A DNA stretch of 64,000 bases from the NCBI GenBank assembly GCA_045545475.1, contig JAZQAZ010000015.1, positions 32,001 to 96,000 of the forward strand, written 5' to 3'. A program made the position numbers and the translations under genes. Numbering within the stretch: position 1 is the first letter of the stretch; each line of letters starts with the position of its first letter. The DNA comes from Clostridia bacterium (lineage in GTDB: Bacteria > Bacillota > Clostridia > CAKSNL01 > HGM11501). This document shows, piece by piece, positions 1 through 9,487 of this stretch. The notes beneath the pieces are model-generated. The model made no database searches. It had not been told where the DNA came from and was given only the letters and a program-made list of their open reading frames with translations.

Positions 1-1415
1 ATATATACCTTTTCCGCAAAGGGGCCTATCTGGGTATCCAATCCGGAAAGTTCATTAACCTTTTCACCGTTTATAAAAATATCCTCAAAGAAAATGTTCC
101 AGGTCTTGTGTTCCTCGTCCTTACCTGAAATAATTACAGGAGGCTTACCAAGTCCTTCATCCACATAGATATTAATATTTTTCAAAGTTACATCGTGGTT
201 TTTGCCGTAGCGTCCCGTTCCTTCAACTCTCGGGAGAGGATAAATCCAGGCGTGGAAAAGCGGAGGCATATAGCCCGCTTTTCCGGTGTATTCAGCATCA
301 TCGGAGCTTTGATATTTAGGCTCTAAGCAGTTTTTGTCGTATTCAACACGAATGTCCTCATACAAAATGTGGTGAGCATCTGCAAAAACTCTGTTCTGCA
401 TACTCATAGCACCGTGCATATTGTGAATCAAGTCCAAATTTTTATAGTGTATGTTTCTTATTTCAGATGCCTGGGTTATTGCACCAAGCTCCAGCGTTCT
501 TCCCCAGTCGCACCACATAACTGAGTTTTCAACCAGTAGATTTTCCGTTACCTCGTCTTCCCAGTCTTTTCTGCCGTTGGGAACAATGATATCATCAAAG
601 TTTCTGAAGAAGGAATTTTTAACCGTCATATTTTTGCAGTTTATAAAGTCAATTCCGTCTGCATTGTATCGCCACATACCGATATGGCGTATATCGTTTA
701 TTTCAATGTTTTCACAGTGGTAAAATGTATGTGTCCAGCAGGCGGAATCCATAAAGGTAATTCCGTCAATTAAAATATTTTTGCTTTCGTAAATTCTCAT
801 TGCACCGATTGCAAAGTTTCCCTCATCATCCGGGGCAGATTCGGTTTTAGCCGTTCTTTCCTCCCAGGAGCCATCAATTATGCCGTGTCCCACAAAGGCG
901 ATGTTTTCTGCATTTCTTGCAATGAAGTTTCCGTAAAGGCGTGAGCCCTTATCCACATATACCACAGTGTCGGATTTTATTTCCGTCGTTCCTACATGGT
1001 GCTCGCCCTTGCCGTAGTATAAAAGATTTTTCGCATTTTTATATTTTGAATAGTCCTTTTCGGGGACAATGAAAATGTGAAGTGCGTTATGAAAATCGTC
1101 ACATTCCAGGCTGTAGTGTCCTATCGGAAATGTGGCTTTTATTGTTTTTCCCGAAATTTCGGGAGTGATATTTTTTGAAAGAGGGCGAAAAAGCACCTCT
1201 TTAAAAGACAAAGAAGGTGTGATTTCAAGTGTTACCTCCCCCTTTGCTTCAAGCAGAATAAAGCCCGCTTCCTCCGTCTGATCAATGGGCCGCTGATGCC
1301 CCGGCCAAACGGTGTTAAAGGGGATTTTTGATACCCTGCAAAAGTATACAGGAATATCCTTTTCGCCTGACTTTACCTTATATAAATCGGTAAACACACT
1401 ATCACACCTTTTCAT
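1..1415 (-). CDS. GH28-like right-handed beta-helix glycoside hydrolase, runs off the left edge; paralog of 56115..57650
   Basis: Not in the ORF track; translated by hand from ATG 1415 (alternative GTG 1397): ...CRVSKIPFNTVWPGHQRP...HNALHIF...IGMWRYNADGID...RNFDD...WCDWG. These motifs are shared with 56115..57650. No stop before position 1 and no signal peptide. Confidence 0.8.
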   Translation of the reverse strand, partial: MKRCDSVFTDLYKVKSGEKDIPVYFCRVSKIPFNTVWPGHQRPIDQTEEAGFILLEAKGEVTLEITPSLSFKEVLFRPLSKNITPEISGKTIKATFPIGHYSLECDDFHNALHIFIVPEKDYSKYKNAKNLLYYGKGEHHVGTTEIKSDTVVYVDKGSRLYGNFIARNAENIAFVGHGIIDGSWEERTAKTESAPDDEGNFAIGAMRIYESKNILIDGITFMDSACWTHTFYHCENIEINDIRHIGMWRYNADGIDFINCKNMTVKNSFFRNFDDIIVPNGRKDWEDEVTENLLVENSVMWCDWGRTLELGAITQASEIRNIHYKNLDLIHNMHGAMSMQNRVFADAHHILYEDIRVEYDKNCLEPKYQSSDDAEYTGKAGYMPPLFHAWIYPLPRVEGTGRYGKNHDVTLKNINIYVDEGLGKPPVIISGKDEEHKTWNIFFEDIFINGEKVNELSGLDTQIGPFAEKVY

Positions 1416-1428
1416 ATTAATTTTTAAG

Positions 1429-2280
1429 TTAGATCCATTCAAGCCCGGCAACCGATACACTCCCGCCGTTTGGTATTGGCTTATTTTTCCATCCGCAGGT
1501 TGTTATGTAATATTTTCCGTTGTCACAAATAATTTCGGGAGCATGTGCCGTAAGCTTAGTGACAGGAATCGTGCCGCCTTTGCCTCCGTTGTATTCGCCG
1601 AAAAATTCAGGATTTTCCGATGCGAAAACTAATGTATCTGAATATGTGGCATCCGAGCAGTCGGTATAAGTTATAAATAAATAGTAAAGCCCGTCCTTTT
1701 TTACCACAAAAGGAGACTCAAAAGCACCCCAAGCCACTTTAAGCGGTGCATCGTCACCCGAGGTTAATGCATAGCCTGAAAACTCCCAGTTAATCAGGTC
1801 TTCTGATGAAAAGCAGCTTACCGCACCCTTTTTATCCTTTACCCCGACAACATACATAAGATATTTATTTTCAGAAATTTTAATTACAAAATGGTCACGG
1901 TGTGCGCCCATCAAAGGCTCATTGTTAAGATTAACCTTTGTTCCGAACCACTCTGTCATATCAAATGAAACTGCCAAGGATGTGGGTGACGGCCCGTAAA
2001 ACATATAATATATTCCGTCCTTTTCTATGACGGAAGGTGCCCAGGCAAGGGTTCCTTTGTCAATTGAACGGCCCACTTCCCGAAGCTCGCCTTCAAGGCT
2101 TTCGCCCTTTCCGTGAGCAAAATAGCGTTCCGCTCCCGGCGTTCCTTCAAAGCTTGTAATTCCGTATATATGCCACAGCCCGTCGCTGCCCTTTACTATG
2201 GAATGGTCATTCACATAGTTTCCGTGTACTTCTGGCTTAAACAAAACTCGCCATTCACCTGTTATGCAAGGTATTTTCAT
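1429..2280 (-). CDS. Five-bladed beta-propeller glycoside hydrolase (GH32/GH43-like), cytoplasmic
   Basis: VNDHS...WHIYG, WAPSV, HRDHFV and FESPFV correspond to the ND/RD/E catalytic motifs of clan GH-J/GH-F propellers. Confidence 0.75.
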   Translation of the reverse strand: MKIPCITGEWRVLFKPEVHGNYVNDHSIVKGSDGLWHIYGITSFEGTPGAERYFAHGKGESLEGELREVGRSIDKGTLAWAPSVIEKDGIYYMFYGPSPTSLAVSFDMTEWFGTKVNLNNEPLMGAHRDHFVIKISENKYLMYVVGVKDKKGAVSCFSSEDLINWEFSGYALTSGDDAPLKVAWGAFESPFVVKKDGLYYLFITYTDCSDATYSDTLVFASENPEFFGEYNGGKGGTIPVTKLTAHAPEIICDNGKYYITTCGWKNKPIPNGGSVSVAGLEWI

Positions 2281-2415
2281 AATGCAAGTCCCCTTTCTTT
2301 TTTTAGTTTATCATACCGCACATCAAAAAGCAAGGTTATTGCTCATAAACATAATGCCATATCCCGGATTTTCAGTCAACGGCAAATTGTTGTCAATGAC
2401 TTGTAAAATGTTTTG

Positions 2416-3183
2416 TCACTTTGAAAGCATCTTCGCGCTGTCCTTGTCTAAATACAGTTTTGCACTTTCATGCTTTCTTAAAATGCTGGCAGGGCATAAA
2501 ATGCTTATTTCGCCCTCCATTGTATTTTTAACAGCCTCAGCCTTTGTAAAGCAGGGTACTATGCAAAACATATGCGATGCAGCCGTTAAAGCAGGAATTG
2601 TTAATGTCAGGGCAAACTTTGGAACATCGTCTATTTTTTCAAAACAGCCGTCATTTACCTGCTGTTTTCTGCAAACCTCATCAAGGTCCACCTTTTTAAC
2701 CAATGCCTTGTCGTTAAAATCGGCAACGTGGGGGTCGTTAAATGCAATATGGCCGTTTTCCCCTATTCCGAGAACCACTATATCAACGGGATTTTTTAAG
2801 AGCAATTTGCTATAACGCTCAATTTCTTTTTCGGGTTCCGTTGCAGAATAATCAATTAAATTTACCGACTTAAAGGGCTTTTTTGAAAATATTTTTTCCA
2901 TAAGGAAATTTGCAAAGCCCTGGGGTGCACCCTTGGGAAGCTCTATATATTCATCCATATGAAAAGCATTGATTTTTTCCCATTCAATGCTGCAGCTTTC
3001 GCAAAGGTGGTAAAGCACATCATTCTGCGACGGTGCCGCCGCAAATATCATATTTACTTCATCCTTGCTTTCAAGGATTTTTTTGATGCATTTTTCAATA
3101 TCTTTGGCTGCGAAATATCCCATTTCATCACGGGTATCGTAAATTTCCGCAGTTAAATTATCATTTTTCAAACTTCTGATCAT
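2416..3183 (-). CDS. nagB: Glucosamine-6-phosphate deaminase / sugar-phosphate isomerase family
   Basis: FHMDEY, LGIGENGHIAFND, ALTLTIP and CPASILRKH motifs; AAAPSQ replaces the usual GLATGSTP. Confidence 0.75.
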   Translation of the reverse strand: MIRSLKNDNLTAEIYDTRDEMGYFAAKDIEKCIKKILESKDEVNMIFAAAPSQNDVLYHLCESCSIEWEKINAFHMDEYIELPKGAPQGFANFLMEKIFSKKPFKSVNLIDYSATEPEKEIERYSKLLLKNPVDIVVLGIGENGHIAFNDPHVADFNDKALVKKVDLDEVCRKQQVNDGCFEKIDDVPKFALTLTIPALTAASHMFCIVPCFTKAEAVKNTMEGEISILCPASILRKHESAKLYLDKDSAKMLSK

Positions 3184-3197
3184 AGTAAGACCTCTCT

Positions 3198-5066
3198 TTA
3201 TTCAAAATCATACCATTTATCCGGCACAAAAGCTCTTTCCGCTTTGCCTGTGCAAGGTATCATAATTCCGTATCCGTCGTTATCCTCCCTGAAGCTGTCG
3301 TATCTTGTCATATACAAAAGCTCGGGGTTGATGTTTTCATATTCTCTGATTGGCTGATAAACCAAAGATGCGGCATTTTCCTCCCTCGTTTCAAGGTCCG
3401 AGTAGCGGAATGCCATTCTCATAAGCCTTACGTTGTTTCTTTCGCGGGGCGTTTCTGCTGATAACAACGCCTTTTCGTAGCAGTCATACATATACTCCTT
3501 GTCGATATTCTCCATAAGATAAATTCCGCAACGCGAAATCTGCATCTGTCCGTCCATACACTCCTCTGCCTTTCTGATTGCATCGGCGATGTAGGGCGCA
3601 CCCTTTCCGAATATCTTAGTGAAATGCCAAAGGTTATCCTCCATCGAAAGCTCTACGTTATATGCCGTTCTTCCGAAGGTGTAGAAATTGAAAATATGGT
3701 TCCATATATGAAAGCACTCTATCTGGGTTGTAGCACCTATAATTTCATCTTTTATAAACCCCTTCCATATTGCCTGCACCTCGTCAGCCATAGGAAGATA
3801 GCGCTGTCTTTCTGCGTATATGCCCATATAATAATCGTAATAGCTTACCTCGGCTCCCGTCTTTTTCCAGCTAAGGAGATTTTCGTGGAAGTGGGTGCCG
3901 ATTAATGCAGAACCGTCCTTCTTTCCGATGCGCCTTAGTCCGTTTGCCGCCCAGGTTGCCTCCCAGACATCAACATTTGAGCAAAGCTTTATATTTTCGG
4001 GGCACTCCCATATATCCACATAAATCAAAAGGCTTATCTTAATTTCGGGATACACCTTGCCCACTCTTTTTGCAACCTCGTTTACAAAATAGCAGTAGTT
4101 TTCCGTTTTGCTCTTATCCTTGCACAAAGGACAACAGCACTGTGGAGCCGTTCCGTCGTGAGGCGGAAGGCTTAAGCTTACAAGGTCTTCATTGTAGCTT
4201 AACCACGTTATCACATTTTTGCTGAATTCTTCTATTAATTCAGGATTTTGGTAGCAGAAAATCATCTGTCCCATATGGTCAACGGGATGAAATCTCGTAC
4301 CGTCCTCTTCAAGACGGAAAAACTCAGGGTGGGTTTCATAATATTTTTCCGGGAAATATTTGTTTCCGTCGGCAGGCATAAAGATGTCCGATGCGTCGTG
4401 ATGTCCTACCTCCACCCCTATGCCCCTTTTGCTGAGTTCTTCAATTAATCCCGCATCCTTCATTTTTTCATAGACGCCTGCCCAGGTGCTGAAAAGATTG
4501 TATCTGTTTTTTGAAAGGAAATCGAAAAACTCTGTGTTAAGCTTTCTTAAAGGGTTTCCCGCACAGTCGGAATACTGTACGCAGGCACCTCTTTTAATTG
4601 ATGTTGCGCATTTAACTATATGCTCCTTGTTTTCTATTATAAGCTCGTCCATTTCCGGAACAAATTCCCCCGCATCTACGGAGGGACTTGAATAGGCAGA
4701 AAGAGCGCATCCGCAAAAGATTTCAAGAAAATCATATACAGCATAAATCGTTCCGCGGTTTTTATCCCCTTCGCTGCCTGCAATAAGCAAGGTGTTATCA
4801 TCAAGTGTTTTTACCATTGCACCCTCGGGGCCGGGAACAAGCTTATTGAATATATCCACCGAAATATACTCTTCGGCCGCCATATTCCGGGAAGGCCCGC
4901 CTATTATAAAAGATGTATTTTCTTTATTGTGAGTGCCTGTAATATTTACCTCTGCCATAAGCATAAGCTTAAGATATTTACAAAGCTCTTCTGATGCAAA
5001 AATTTCCCTTTTTGTTGCATTTTGAGAAATAACAATATCAACCTTATCGAATTTACATATTTTCAT
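3198..5066 (-). CDS. DUF4838-type putative glycoside hydrolase (GH67/GH20-like N-terminal domain + TIM barrel)
   Basis: FASEELCKYL...RGTIYAVYDFLE N-terminal domain; YYETHPEFF; CCCPLC; YCYFVNEVAK; YYDYY. Confidence 0.65.
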   Translation of the reverse strand: MKICKFDKVDIVISQNATKREIFASEELCKYLKLMLMAEVNITGTHNKENTSFIIGGPSRNMAAEEYISVDIFNKLVPGPEGAMVKTLDDNTLLIAGSEGDKNRGTIYAVYDFLEIFCGCALSAYSSPSVDAGEFVPEMDELIIENKEHIVKCATSIKRGACVQYSDCAGNPLRKLNTEFFDFLSKNRYNLFSTWAGVYEKMKDAGLIEELSKRGIGVEVGHHDASDIFMPADGNKYFPEKYYETHPEFFRLEEDGTRFHPVDHMGQMIFCYQNPELIEEFSKNVITWLSYNEDLVSLSLPPHDGTAPQCCCPLCKDKSKTENYCYFVNEVAKRVGKVYPEIKISLLIYVDIWECPENIKLCSNVDVWEATWAANGLRRIGKKDGSALIGTHFHENLLSWKKTGAEVSYYDYYMGIYAERQRYLPMADEVQAIWKGFIKDEIIGATTQIECFHIWNHIFNFYTFGRTAYNVELSMEDNLWHFTKIFGKGAPYIADAIRKAEECMDGQMQISRCGIYLMENIDKEYMYDCYEKALLSAETPRERNNVRLMRMAFRYSDLETREENAASLVYQPIREYENINPELLYMTRYDSFREDNDGYGIMIPCTGKAERAFVPDKWYDFE

Positions 5067-5068
5067 TC

Positions 5069-6157
5069 TTAAAGCTTCCTCTCAAAGAAATCCATAAATA
5101 CGTTCCAGTCTTCCCTTGACATAAAGTGTCCGCCTTCTCTTACATAAAAGCCAAGGTCACCGTCTATCAAAGCCTCTCCCGCTTTTACCATTTTCCCGTT
5201 ATGGATAAGCCCATTTCTTCCGAGCAATTCATAAACCCTGCTTGCATCCGTAAGGGACAAAAATTCAGAGAAAGGATCCATTCCGTCATCCTCTGTTGCA
5301 CCCGTCACAAAGGCATAGCCTGGCGCCTGACAAGCCATAAGATAATGCATATCATAGGGAAGCTTGACGTGAGGGGTATCTAAAAAGGTCTTGAATTTTT
5401 CGCAGAAGAAGTTATAGCTTCCGATTTTTATAAAATCGGAAATATCCTCACCCTTATGACCGCGGATAACGCCGCATCCTCCGTAGTTGGAATTGTTTCC
5501 GTATGCCATAAAAAATCTGTCATCCTGCGCTCTTGTCCAGAGTGCGGTCTTCCCCAGGCGGGAGTGACCTGCCACGGCAATTCTTTTTGTATTTAAATCA
5601 TCCCTTGTAATAAGATAATCCATAATTCTGCTTGCACCGTATGCCCAGATGCCAACAAGCCCCCACTCTGTTAAAGTGCGGTCTCTGTCCCCTATAAAAT
5701 GACCTGCAAGTCCGCCCTTAAAATCTCCGAATACGCTATCGGGCGTAATATCCTTATAATCAACCGTAACAAGGGCAAAGCCTCTGTCAATTATTTCCTC
5801 TTCGGGAACGGGGTAGCCGGGGCCGAAGCTTAAATACAAAATCACAGGTGGCTTTTCTGCCTTTTCCGGAACGGTTATTTCAACGGGAAAGCTGTACTTT
5901 CCCTTCGGCGTGTCAAACTCTATCATTTTGCACTCGGTTTTAGCCTTTCCGCCAAACATTTTATATCTGTTTTTCTGAATATCTTTCCCGCAGACATTCA
6001 TTGGAGCTTTTGGGGTAAATCCGAACAAATTTAAGGAGAGAATATCAAGTAGTTCTTTTTTCCTTTCTGCCCAGTTTTTCTCTGTTACAGCTTCGCCGTT
6101 ATTCATCAAAAGAATGCCCGGCAGTTTTCTTTTTTCAAGCTCGTCTCTGATATTCAT
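5069..6157 (-). CDS. CE15-like (glucuronoyl esterase family) alpha/beta hydrolase
   Basis: WAYGASRIMDYL, nucleophile motif GHSRLGK, LPYDMHYL, REGGH. Confidence 0.8.
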   Translation of the reverse strand: MNIRDELEKRKLPGILLMNNGEAVTEKNWAERKKELLDILSLNLFGFTPKAPMNVCGKDIQKNRYKMFGGKAKTECKMIEFDTPKGKYSFPVEITVPEKAEKPPVILYLSFGPGYPVPEEEIIDRGFALVTVDYKDITPDSVFGDFKGGLAGHFIGDRDRTLTEWGLVGIWAYGASRIMDYLITRDDLNTKRIAVAGHSRLGKTALWTRAQDDRFFMAYGNNSNYGGCGVIRGHKGEDISDFIKIGSYNFFCEKFKTFLDTPHVKLPYDMHYLMACQAPGYAFVTGATEDDGMDPFSEFLSLTDASRVYELLGRNGLIHNGKMVKAGEALIDGDLGFYVREGGHFMSREDWNVFMDFFERKL

Positions 6158-6261
6158 AAAGCTCTCTCCTTTCCTATCTTTATTTTAACTTAACATAAAT
6201 TAAGTTTGTGGTCAATGAAAATTGTTTTGTCAATCTTATGGAATGTTTTATCCGCCGCCAA

Positions 6262-7326
6262 TTACACACCGAAATCGTAATTTACCTTTACGCTGTTTCC
6301 TGTCTTTGCAGATTCAATTACCGCAGAGCAAACCGCAACGGTTTTTGCCCCTTCAAGGCCTGTCATAACAAGGCTCTTTCCGCAGATAACCGCATCACGG
6401 AATGCCTTATGCTCACCCGGAAGATTGTGATTGTTGATTTCCACCTTTATCTTGTGTGCCATTGTTCTCTCGCTTCCGTTTCCGTAAATGATGCCGCCTG
6501 CAAAGGGTGCTCCCTCTGCTGATTTTTCAAGATAAAGGCTCATTTCGGGGGATGTGTTATCAAAAATAAGTGTACCCTTTGTTCCGTAAAGGCAGGTTCT
6601 CATTGTATAGTCGCGCTTACATCCGATGGATGTGAATATTTTTCCGATTGTGCCGTTTTCCCACTTCATAATTCCGATGGTGGCATCGGATATGGGCCAA
6701 TCTTTCAAAACCATTCTGTTGGAGTAGGCTGTAACCTCGACAGGATCACCTATAAGCCAGCGAAGAAGATCGATCGAATGACAGCCTCCGCCTAAGATCG
6801 GCTCTCTGTCGGGGTGCATTCTCCACTTGTCAACTCCGGGAATTGTTGCATAGTCGTGGGCATATTCGCCCTCGGCAAAGAAAATGTCACCAAGGATGCC
6901 CGATTCCACAATCTGCTTTGCTCTTACAAAGGCAGGTGTGAAACGGCATACCTGACCAACCATCAAAAGCTTTCCGCTTTCCTTTTCTGCCATAAGCATT
7001 TCCCGGCAGTCCTCATGTCTTAATGCCATAGGCTTTTCGCACATTACGTTAAAGCCCGCCTTAAGAGCTGCAACTGTTGCATCCTTGTGGGCGTGGTCCG
7101 CAGTTGCAACAACCACTATGTCCGCTTCGATATTTTCAAGCATTTCGTTATAGTCTGAAAAGCACGCGGCATTAAGGGCGTACTTTTCGTTTTTCTCCTC
7201 GGTAAATTCCTTATGTACGTCGCAAAGTGCCACAATTTCAATGTCCTTTGTCTGAAGGAGTGCTTCAATGTGCATTCCGCCAAAGCTTCCGCATCCGATA
7301 ATCGCATATTTAATTTTTCTTTCCAT
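6262..7326 (-). CDS. Gfo/Idh/MocA NAD(P)-dependent sugar oxidoreductase
   Basis: IIGCGSFG Rossmann motif, CEKPMA, GGCHSIDLL. Confidence 0.9.
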   Translation of the reverse strand: MERKIKYAIIGCGSFGGMHIEALLQTKDIEIVALCDVHKEFTEEKNEKYALNAACFSDYNEMLENIEADIVVVATADHAHKDATVAALKAGFNVMCEKPMALRHEDCREMLMAEKESGKLLMVGQVCRFTPAFVRAKQIVESGILGDIFFAEGEYAHDYATIPGVDKWRMHPDREPILGGGCHSIDLLRWLIGDPVEVTAYSNRMVLKDWPISDATIGIMKWENGTIGKIFTSIGCKRDYTMRTCLYGTKGTLIFDNTSPEMSLYLEKSAEGAPFAGGIIYGNGSERTMAHKIKVEINNHNLPGEHKAFRDAVICGKSLVMTGLEGAKTVAVCSAVIESAKTGNSVKVNYDFGV

Positions 7327-7492
7327 AAATAAACCCTCTTTTCTTTCATTTTATAAACATTATAAAACGAGGCTGTTTTTATATCAATGGAAATACATTC
7401 TCATTTTTGTATACTTTTGTTCACTTAAATTTCTTTGTGAATTTTTATTGACATTCTGCATCCGATAAGTTAAACTATGAAAAGGTGATCAG

Positions 7493-8365
7493 ATGAGTAC
7501 ATATATAAGCCACTTTATTAAAAACGTAATTAGCGTATCATCCATAATAAACTGCTACAGAAAGGACTTTGCACCCGATTTTTGCGATATCCCCGAAAGC
7601 CACGATTTCTGGGAAGCGGTTTATCTTGACAAGGGCAGCATTTTCGTTTCCGCAGGCGGAAACAAAACCTTATTGAAGCCCGGAGACATATATTTTCACA
7701 AGCCCGGCGAAAGCCATCACATAATCATAAACGGAAAAGAAAATGTCATTGTTTATTTTATCTCCTTTTCATCAAAAAGCAGCTCAATGAATCTTTTTTA
7801 TGATGCGAAGCTTTCCCTTACGCCCTATCTTAAAAATCTGCTTTACATAATGCACGAGGAAGCGAAAAAGTCATTTATTTCAAAAAGAGTCGGCACTTCA
7901 TGCAGTGTTACCGCTTCCCCCGATGCACCGATAGGAGGTGCCCAGCTTTACAAAAACTATCTTGAAAGCTTTTTAATAAACCTACTCCGCTTCAAAATCG
8001 AAGCGGAAAAGGCAACGGTGTATTCCGAAAAAGAGGAATTTCACAAGGCCATTGTAAGAAAGATAACGGAAGAGGTATCACAAAGCCTCTATTCTCACTT
8101 TTCTATCAGTACACTCACCAAAAAGCTCAACTACGGAAGAACCTTTCTCTGCAATGTCTTCAAGGCAGAAACGGGCTATACCATAAACGGCTTTTACAAT
8201 CACCTTAAGATAAACGAGGCAAAAAAGCTTATGGCAGAAGGTCGTCATTCATTGGCGGAAATTTCCGAAATATTAAATTTTTCAAGCCGATATTATTTTT
8301 CCAAGGTATTTAAAAAGGAAACGGGCTATGCCCCGTCCGAATACAAGAAAACCTTAATAAAGTAA
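7493..8365 (+). CDS. AraC-family regulator (cupin + HTH)
   Basis: ESHDFWEAVY cupin; C-terminal EISEILNFSSRYYFSKVFKKETGYAPSEY; divergent from the Gfo gene. Confidence 0.92.
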   Translation: MSTYISHFIKNVISVSSIINCYRKDFAPDFCDIPESHDFWEAVYLDKGSIFVSAGGNKTLLKPGDIYFHKPGESHHIIINGKENVIVYFISFSSKSSSMNLFYDAKLSLTPYLKNLLYIMHEEAKKSFISKRVGTSCSVTASPDAPIGGAQLYKNYLESFLINLLRFKIEAEKATVYSEKEEFHKAIVRKITEEVSQSLYSHFSISTLTKKLNYGRTFLCNVFKAETGYTINGFYNHLKINEAKKLMAEGRHSLAEISEILNFSSRYYFSKVFKKETGYAPSEYKKTLIK

Positions 8366-8404
8366 GTTAAGTATATTCTACATCAAGAGCAAAATCAATA
8401 AAGA

Positions 8405-8442
8405 ATATTGCTATCTGATATAAATATATTGCTATCTTATAT
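8405..8442. promoter_or_regulatory. Direct repeat ATATTGCTATCT x2 with 21-bp period; probable AraC operator
   Basis: Exact copies at 8405-8416 and 8426-8437, just upstream of the AraC gene at 8461. Confidence 0.55.
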
Positions 8443-8460
8443 GTTGCGAAAGGAATTATT

Positions 8461-9267
8461 ATGGATAATCTGCTTAAATTTGAACAGCATACCGAAAAAT
8501 ATACCGTGTCAAAACGCCCATTTATATACACCGGCGAAGACCACAGTGCTTACAGAAACTGGCACGAAAACATTGAAATTTTATATGTATTCAAGGGAAG
8601 CGGAGTTTTGCACTATGACTCCAACATTTATAACATCAGCGAAGGAGACCTTGTTATAATAAACTCCTTTGCCGTTCACTACACGGAAAAGGAAAACAAT
8701 CTTTCCTACCATGTTTTCATTCCCTACAATGACTATTTTTCATCAAACGGCTTAAATCTTGCATCTACGAACTTTACGCCCATTGTGCGGGATCTCCCGG
8801 CAAAAGAGAAATTTCTTGCTTTAATTGATGCCATAGCAGAAAAAGACAAGCTTTCTGAAGCAAAAATCCGCCTTGCCGCTATGGATTTTCTTATTTACTT
8901 ATCTGAAAAACACTCGGAAAATTCTCAGGAAATTTCCGTAAAAAAGATAGACCTTTCAATAAGGCAGGCTCTTTCCTGCATTTTTTCAAACTACAGCGAA
9001 AACATAAGTGCCGAGGCTATATCAAAGCACGTGGGCTTTTCAAAATTTCATTTTTTACGGCAGTTTAAAAATGCAACGGGCCTGACATTTTCAAGCTTTC
9101 TTAATTCCGTAAGGATTGACAATGCAAAAAAGCTTTTGTCGGAAACCACTCTTCCCATAAAGGAAATATGTTATATGACAGGCTTTGAATCGGAGGCTTA
9201 CTTTTCAAAAATTTTCAGGGAAAAGGAAGGCTTTACCCCAAGTGAATACAGAAAAAAGGAACTGTAG
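8461..9267 (+). CDS. AraC-family regulator
   Basis: NWHENIEILY cupin; GFESEAYFSKIFREKEGFTPSEYR HTH. Confidence 0.92.
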   Translation: MDNLLKFEQHTEKYTVSKRPFIYTGEDHSAYRNWHENIEILYVFKGSGVLHYDSNIYNISEGDLVIINSFAVHYTEKENNLSYHVFIPYNDYFSSNGLNLASTNFTPIVRDLPAKEKFLALIDAIAEKDKLSEAKIRLAAMDFLIYLSEKHSENSQEISVKKIDLSIRQALSCIFSNYSENISAEAISKHVGFSKFHFLRQFKNATGLTFSSFLNSVRIDNAKKLLSETTLPIKEICYMTGFESEAYFSKIFREKEGFTPSEYRKKEL

Positions 9268-9321
9268 TTATGTGACCACAAAAAGTTAAGCTTTTTATAG
9301 CATTGTAGTTTGAATGACTGC

Positions 9322-9450
9322 AAATAAAAACCACCCGCTATGCGGATGGTTTTTATTTTTCGGGCATAACCCTAATATTACCGGCTACGCACAAGTGCGT
9401 TTTTTATCGGCATGCCAGCCATGCATCTTTTACTTACTACCCATAAATGG
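9322..9450 (-). mobile_element. IS200/IS605-family right-end remnant (tnpA C-terminal codons + subterminal hairpin)
   Basis: Minus strand 9450-9430 encodes PFMGSK*, resembling the Firmicute IS200 TnpA end DPFTGSK*. It is followed by ...GGGTTATGCCCGAA and the hairpin AAAAACCATCCGCATAGCGGGTGGTTTTT (9322-9358). Recognised from memory of such elements. Confidence 0.6.
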
Positions 9451-9487
9451 TTGTATAGTCTATTTTTTCCTTTTAGAAGAAGATTAA

